Part shown: positions 58,638 to 64,000 of the stretch, piece after piece | Position numbering within the stretch: position 1 is the stretch's first letter | Layout: each line of letters opens with the position of its first letter | Position numbers and translations under genes: made by a program | Source of the DNA: Cladosporium halotolerans | Lineage: Eukaryota | Direction: 5' to 3' | NCBI RefSeq assembly: GCF_011745625.1 | Contig: NW_027191482.1 | Span: 124,001 to 188,000, forward strand | Length of the DNA: 64,000 bases | The notes under the pieces: generated by a model | Told to the model about the DNA's origin: nothing | Databases searched by the model: none | Seen by the model: only the letters and a program-made list of their open reading frames with translations

Positions 58638-60791
58638 CTAAGCGGCAACAAAAGCGTCCGGTGGCAGATTGGCCTTCACACTCTCAAAAGCCTGCAAAGC
58701 GGTCGGAAAGTCCCAGTTCACCTGCTCCAAGCACTCCTTCGCATATCCGATAGTCATCCGAGTCTGCTTCTGCAGCTCGAGACACATTTGCTCAGCCATT
58801 TCAATTGACAGACCAGCAGGAAGCTGCGGTACTCCCTCCGGTGCCGAAGCAGCGGCGGCCGGTCCGTTGGCGCCTTCGAAGTTGTCTGGATCGAAAGCCT
58901 GCGCACCGCCATAAGCGCGTACTGTCAGAATGTCGTTGACGATGCGAACGCCAGACGGACCGCCCGGCCCGAGAATGAATGTGCGGTCGAAGCTCCTCTT
59001 CTTCTTCGGCTGTCCGGTGGCGCTGTCGAGCTCGTCAAACTCTCCGTGGATGGAAATGAAGAATCCATCAACGCCGCTCTGGCTCGCACCACTGGGGTCG
59101 GGTACACCAGGCTGGATGTGTGCCTCGATCATGTATTTCTTGGCCTCAGTGGCGAGATCAGCGTGCTTCGTCTTCGGGAATGCAGCGAAGACGTCAGACA
59201 CAGCCTGCGGGCCGCGGAACAGTCTGTTCTGACGGGCCGGCAGCTGCGAAATTTTCTTGAGGTTGCGACTGTTCTTGATATAGTCGCCCCACTCTTGCTT
59301 CTCAGTTTGCTCGGTGTTCGAAGGATCACGAGGTGCCTGTGTGTTGACGGAGTAAGAAAAGTCGGATTGTTCGTCGTAATACATGGCCGTAAGCGCTGCG
59401 CGGTCGGTGTCGAAGCCAGCGATAAAGTTGCGAATAAAGCCTTCCGCAATGCCGCCTTCGTCTTGGAAAGCCGGGCTACGGATTGGAAAGGGGAGGTCGG
59501 GAACTTTGCTGCGGTTCGCGATGTCTTCCTCTGTACGCACCTGGATGCCGTTCAGCGTGCGCAAGTTCGGGAACCACTGGATGATAGAGGAGGCATAGTC
59601 TGGTTCTGCCTGCTCGATCGGATTCCCGGTGAGTATGATTTGCTCCAGGTGGTAGAAGCGCTTCTTCCACAAAGCGAGCTGGCCCAGCTTTTCAAATTTG
59701 TTGTTCGAGAGATCCAGATTCTTCAGCTTGGGCAAGGTCTGTGGGAGTGTGCTGATGGCAGTGAGATCACTAAGCTCGTTGTTCGCCAATGAGACACTCT
59801 GCACCGCCTCATCCTTGTCTTTTGCTGTTTCGAACGCGCCTTCCAGAACTCTCATCATAGCCGGGAAGAATTTGCCGGCAGTTGATCTGACGTTGAAAAT
59901 CGATTGCTCCTTGAGCTTCTCGTCCTGGCGGAGAATGCTGAGGTCGAGGAATTTGCTCTCGATGTTGTAGCGTCTCTCGAGTACACCCTTGATCATGTCC
60001 CTGGTCTGCTCCGTCTTCGACCCACCAAGGCCTCCAGCATCTCCGCCGATCCTCTCGACTTTGACGTTGACTCCAGCCCATTGCCACCCATCGAGCCGAA
60101 GTACAGCACCAGCATCTTCGGCGGGCACGCTGACAATGAGATCCTCTCCTTCAACCTGAGACTAGTCGTGTGTTAGTGAAAATTATGAAGCTGGTGTTCT
60201 GAAACGCGTTGTTGAATGATCGAGAAAGGTGAGCCGGCATTGTGCACCGCGGTCGTTCTTCCGAGGATAGCCACGAATGCAAGCAAATGTAATGCGACCC
60301 TTGGGCGTGGTATGCTGGCGATCCAAAAAGCAAGGATAGCGACTGTGGCGACATACCTTCTTGATTTTGACAGTCCTGACTCTTGAACTCAAGCGGTTGC
60401 TTGCCTTTTTCTCCAACCAGCTAATGAGCGAGCTCACACCGCCGTCGGGATTTGTTGAGGCCTTGCTCTTGTTCCAGTTTGTGACTTTCAGTTCCGTGAG
60501 GCCGCGCGAAGGCACCGTCCTCGAGCCCAACATCGCGACGTCGCCGGCGCCTGCATGCTTGAGGATGGCCCTCTGACTCGCAGCGCTGAGAATTCCACCC
60601 TTTGCTTTGCCCGCAGTAAGATCCTTCCTAGCGTTCGAAGCTCCAGAAGCCTTTCCAACCCTGCCACCGCGACCCTTCACCGGGCCATCCATAGAAAGAT
60701 CTCCATCGCGATCGACTTTGGTTCTGTCGCGGCGGGTGGCAGCAGGTCCGCGCGAAGCATTTTTGCTGGCACGGTTGGCGCGTGCTACCAT
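58638..60791 (-). CDS. MEX67: mRNA export factor Mex67/NXF1 (intron 60162-60356; alternative acceptor 60156)
   Basis: RG-rich N-terminus, LRR (SVSLANNEL, LKNLDLSNN), NTF2-like domain (IHGEFDE...RSFDRTFILGPG) and C-terminal TAP-C/UBA (TRMTIGYAKECLEQVNWD). Confidence 0.95.
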
Positions 60792-61518
60792 TGTGGCAGC
60801 TATGGGTTTATTGTTTCGGGAAGTGTCGAGAAGCTGGTACGAGAAGCAAACAGGTCGTCGCGGTCGACTGGCGAATTATTTGCGACTTTTGCGCGAAAAG
60901 CGGCGCTGCACTATTGTCGAGGTCGTTCTATTAGAGAGCGTGTGCGCCGTAAGTTGTCGAAAGAGTGTGAGATTGGTAAATAGAGGTACGAGTGCAGTAT
61001 TAAATGTGGGAGAGGTTGTGTGGAGGGGAAAGATCGGTTTGACAGCAAAGACAATAAGGCTTGAAACAAGCAAGAGCTGCGTCAGGTTGTTCGGCTAGCG
61101 CGTCCCGCCGCCGGCTAGCGGAGGCAGCCAGGCACGTCAGGCATCCACACTTTGGTGCCTGATAATACCTCGAAACCTTACCAGAAGTGGCATGCGACCT
61201 CGAATTTCGAGAACGCGGCTTGAAGCATTGGTTACTGCTCATGAACTGTGTCGCGGTCCAAAATTCCAAGCTGGTCAGAAGATCGCGCACGGCAGGGCTG
61301 AGTGCGGTCAGCACTATATCTACGTCTTCGATTTAGCCTGTTCTGTTGTAATTACCTTACCGTCTTTCCAGCATCTTCCATCATCCATAGACTAGGATCC
61401 TCAATCCAATGACTCGAGCTCAACCACGCCCTACGCCAAACAGGATGCCGGTATAAAACAATAAGCAATAGACCTCCTAAACTCTAAGCAATCAACATCA
61501 AAACCACTGAACGCCAAA

Positions 61519-61995
61519 ATGTCCTACACCATAACCCCCGCCACAACCCCCACCGACCTCGCCAGCGCCGCAACCCTCTTCCGCGCCTACGCCACCGGTT
61601 TAGGCCAAGACCTCTCCTTCCAAGACTTCAGCAACGAGCTCGCAACCCTACCCGGCAAATACGCCCCGCCGGCCGGCGCGCTGCTCCTCGCAAAATCCAC
61701 CAGCACCTCCGAAGCGATCGGCTGCGTCGCCGTGCGGCCGCTACAGCCCGCCGGCGTCTGCGAGATGAAGCGCCTGTACGTCTCGCCCGCGGGCCGGGGG
61801 ACGGGCGTGGGCAAGGCGCTGGCGAAGGTATCCATTGAGGAGGCGAGAAGGTTGGGGTATACGTCGATGAAACTTGATACGCTGAGTTCGATGACGGCGC
61901 CGCTGAAGTTGTATCAGGGGTTGGGGTTTAAGGAGACCGAGGCGTATTATGCTAACCCGCTAGATGGGGTTGTGTATTTGGAACTGGCGTTGTGA
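61519..61995 (+). CDS. GNAT-family N-acetyltransferase
   Basis: LPGKYAPP, EMKRLYV, acetyl-CoA motif GRGTGVGKAL, LDTL and LYQGLGF. Confidence 0.92.
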   Translation: MSYTITPATTPTDLASAATLFRAYATGLGQDLSFQDFSNELATLPGKYAPPAGALLLAKSTSTSEAIGCVAVRPLQPAGVCEMKRLYVSPAGRGTGVGKALAKVSIEEARRLGYTSMKLDTLSSMTAPLKLYQGLGFKETEAYYANPLDGVVYLELAL

Positions 61996-62293
61996 GAAAT
62001 TGGGTGCTTTAGGAGAGGTGTGTGAAATTGTGTTCTAGAGATTGGCGTTGCCGCAGCCGCGCTGTAGAAAGCGGATAGATGTCCGAACAGACGAACAGAT
62101 GAGCAAACATAGAGACGAGAGGAAAGATAAGAATAGATATGTGAAGAGCGCATGATTTGATCAGCGATGCCGTACTCTTTTTCAAAACCAGTGAGACAAA
62201 CAAGACACAATGAAAGAGGTAATCTGCCCTGTAAAAAGCCATCGCCAGGACCCCATTCATGTCATCGTGTACCAACGAACGACTAAGTCTGGC

Positions 62294-64000
62294 TCACGAC
62301 CTCATCAGGTTCGCAAACACGGTGACCTTCTCAACATCCAAGCCCTCTTTGCCGTTATCCCGCGAAGCGGCAACCTCGATCTCGATCCTGTTCACGCCTT
62401 GCGCGAGGCTGCCCTCGTACATGTGCATCTTGAGAGAGCCGTCTCGCAGCGTGTCGAGCTGCGTCAAGCGGGTGCCGTTGACGAAGACGAACATCTTGTA
62501 GGGACGCCCATAGCTCAGAGTCTTGGATACGACTGGGCAGATCTGGAGGAAGTAGTTGCTCGATGGGAGGCTCAGAGTTCGGGACTGCTGAGCGAGCGTC
62601 GGGTGTGGCGGGATGGTAAGCTGAAGGGGCTTAGGGAGTTTCAGATGGGGATGCGTGGAGATGGTGACTTTAGGTAGCAGAGCGTCGGCTACCGAGTATG
62701 TGCGGACTGGCGTCGGAGGAAGATATGCAGGCGCGGTGAACGTATAGCTGCTGACCGGTGGCTGCCCGTTAGGGTATGGGCTGCTGCTCGTGGGCCGGGC
62801 GTTTGGTGGCGGCATCGAACCATCGGCTGCAACGCCGGCAGAAACTGCAGGGACTGCAGGGTTTACGGCTGGTGATTGGGATACCGCTTTTTCGAGTTTG
62901 ACGGCCTCAGCTGGTAGACCAACAGCAACACCAGTCGATGGGCGGCCCTCTTCGGTTGCGGGAGCCTGCGAATTGGATCGCTTCATCCCGTTAACCGCAG
63001 GAGACTGGCGCTGCTCAGTTTGCTGACCACCGACACCGGCGGAAACCATCTGTCGTTGACGAGTAAGGGCGTCGTTGTCAACGGATACGGTTGCAGGTGA
63101 TGGCGAAGGTCGATTTTGTGATAGGTTGAGGGTGACCTTGGGCTTAGGACCGCCAAGCTTAATCTTCGTGTTTGGCTCTGGCACTTTCGATTTGGCGTCT
63201 TCGAGGAGTGATTTGAAGTGTTCCTTCATTCGATCATTAGTATAATGCAAACGTCGGATTCATCAAGTCACTTCTGGGCTTACCTCGAATTGGGTGGCGA
63301 GCTCAAACATCTCGCTGCCATCCTCATTGTAGTCTTTGGCGTTCCGCCAGATGAAGCTCACCATGTCTTCAAAAGCGTCCCATGTTTTAAAATCTGTGAC
63401 TCCAGTATATTCTTTCTTGCCATGTTCTCCGTTGATGCGCTTCCTCACACCCTTCAGAGAGACTGGGAACTTGATCACTTTGTAGTAGTCTTCCAACTTT
63501 CGTGAAGGTAGCTGTGCAAACGGTGTGAAGATCTCCAGGCCCCTAAATATTGTCAGTACGCTGACGAACACTGCTTATGCGGGTAAGGTACTCACTCGTC
63601 ATCAGTGTACTTCAGCAGGGCGTCTATGATGGTCTGTTGAGCGTCCTGGAAGCCCAGGCCGGTGAAGTTGACTCCACTCTCATGTTCGCCGTCGGTTCCG
63701 TTCTGCATGATAGAGGCTCGCCTATCAGGCGGCTCCGACGACGCAGCTGCTGTGGGTTTCCTTTGTCGGCTGGGAGTCTCAGTTGAACGCCCGTTGGCTC
63801 CATGCCCGTCAGTGCCACCATTTGCCCGTCGTTCTACGGCTTTGGGAATCGGTGTCGGGAAGCTTGTATAGTTGGAGTCCTCATTGTACGCAGGGTTGTG
63901 TTGTTTCATGTAGTTGTAGACAAGCTTGCGTATCCTCTCGGCGTCCTCGTAGATCTCGCTGTGGTTGTTGTTGTAGTCTTTCGCATTTTGTACCATGCGC
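62294..64000 (-). CDS. RSC4: Tandem-bromodomain RSC subunit (Rsc4/polybromo-like), 5' end outside the window (introns 63543-63595, 63224-63283)
   Basis: Two bromodomain C-halves (NAKDYN...SEIYEDA; DYYKVIKFPVSL...NAKDYNEDGSEM) and a C-terminal beta domain (GVNRIEIEV). Confidence 0.75.

Noticed and set aside
47133..64000. Clustering of RNA-processing and chromatin genes (USB1, SF3B1, MEX67, RSC4-like)
   Set aside because: Interspersed with unrelated genes; ordinary housekeeping neighbourhood with no shared regulatory signal seen.

Overview
Eukaryotic DNA from a filamentous ascomycete, probably Dothideomycetes (inferred from short GT-AG introns with CTAAC/CTGAC branch sites and from the protein families). 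The ORF track must be read through introns. There are about 27 protein-coding loci, mostly conserved housekeeping genes: yellow/MRJP, SDR, Gvp36, glycogen phosphorylase, Cds1, ATRIP/Rad26, HIBADH-like, GH130, a sugar porter, Tos1, Pex13, Dpy-30, Msb1, Usb1, Pal1, SF3B1, Mex67, a GNAT and an Rsc4-like gene. A lower-GC accessory island (about 19.8-28.6 kb) carries four things: a NACHT-ankyrin NLR with an N-terminal HET-s-type amyloid motif, an APH/kinase-like gene, a frameshifted ankyrin gene and an upstream stop-riddled relic. A telomere-like motif inside an inverted repeat sits at the island's left edge. Other notable signals are an unusually long, self-complementary MEX67 intron, non-canonical splice sites and recurrent ~1 kb C-rich to G-rich skew flips. 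No rRNA, tRNA, CRISPR array or intact transposon was recognised.
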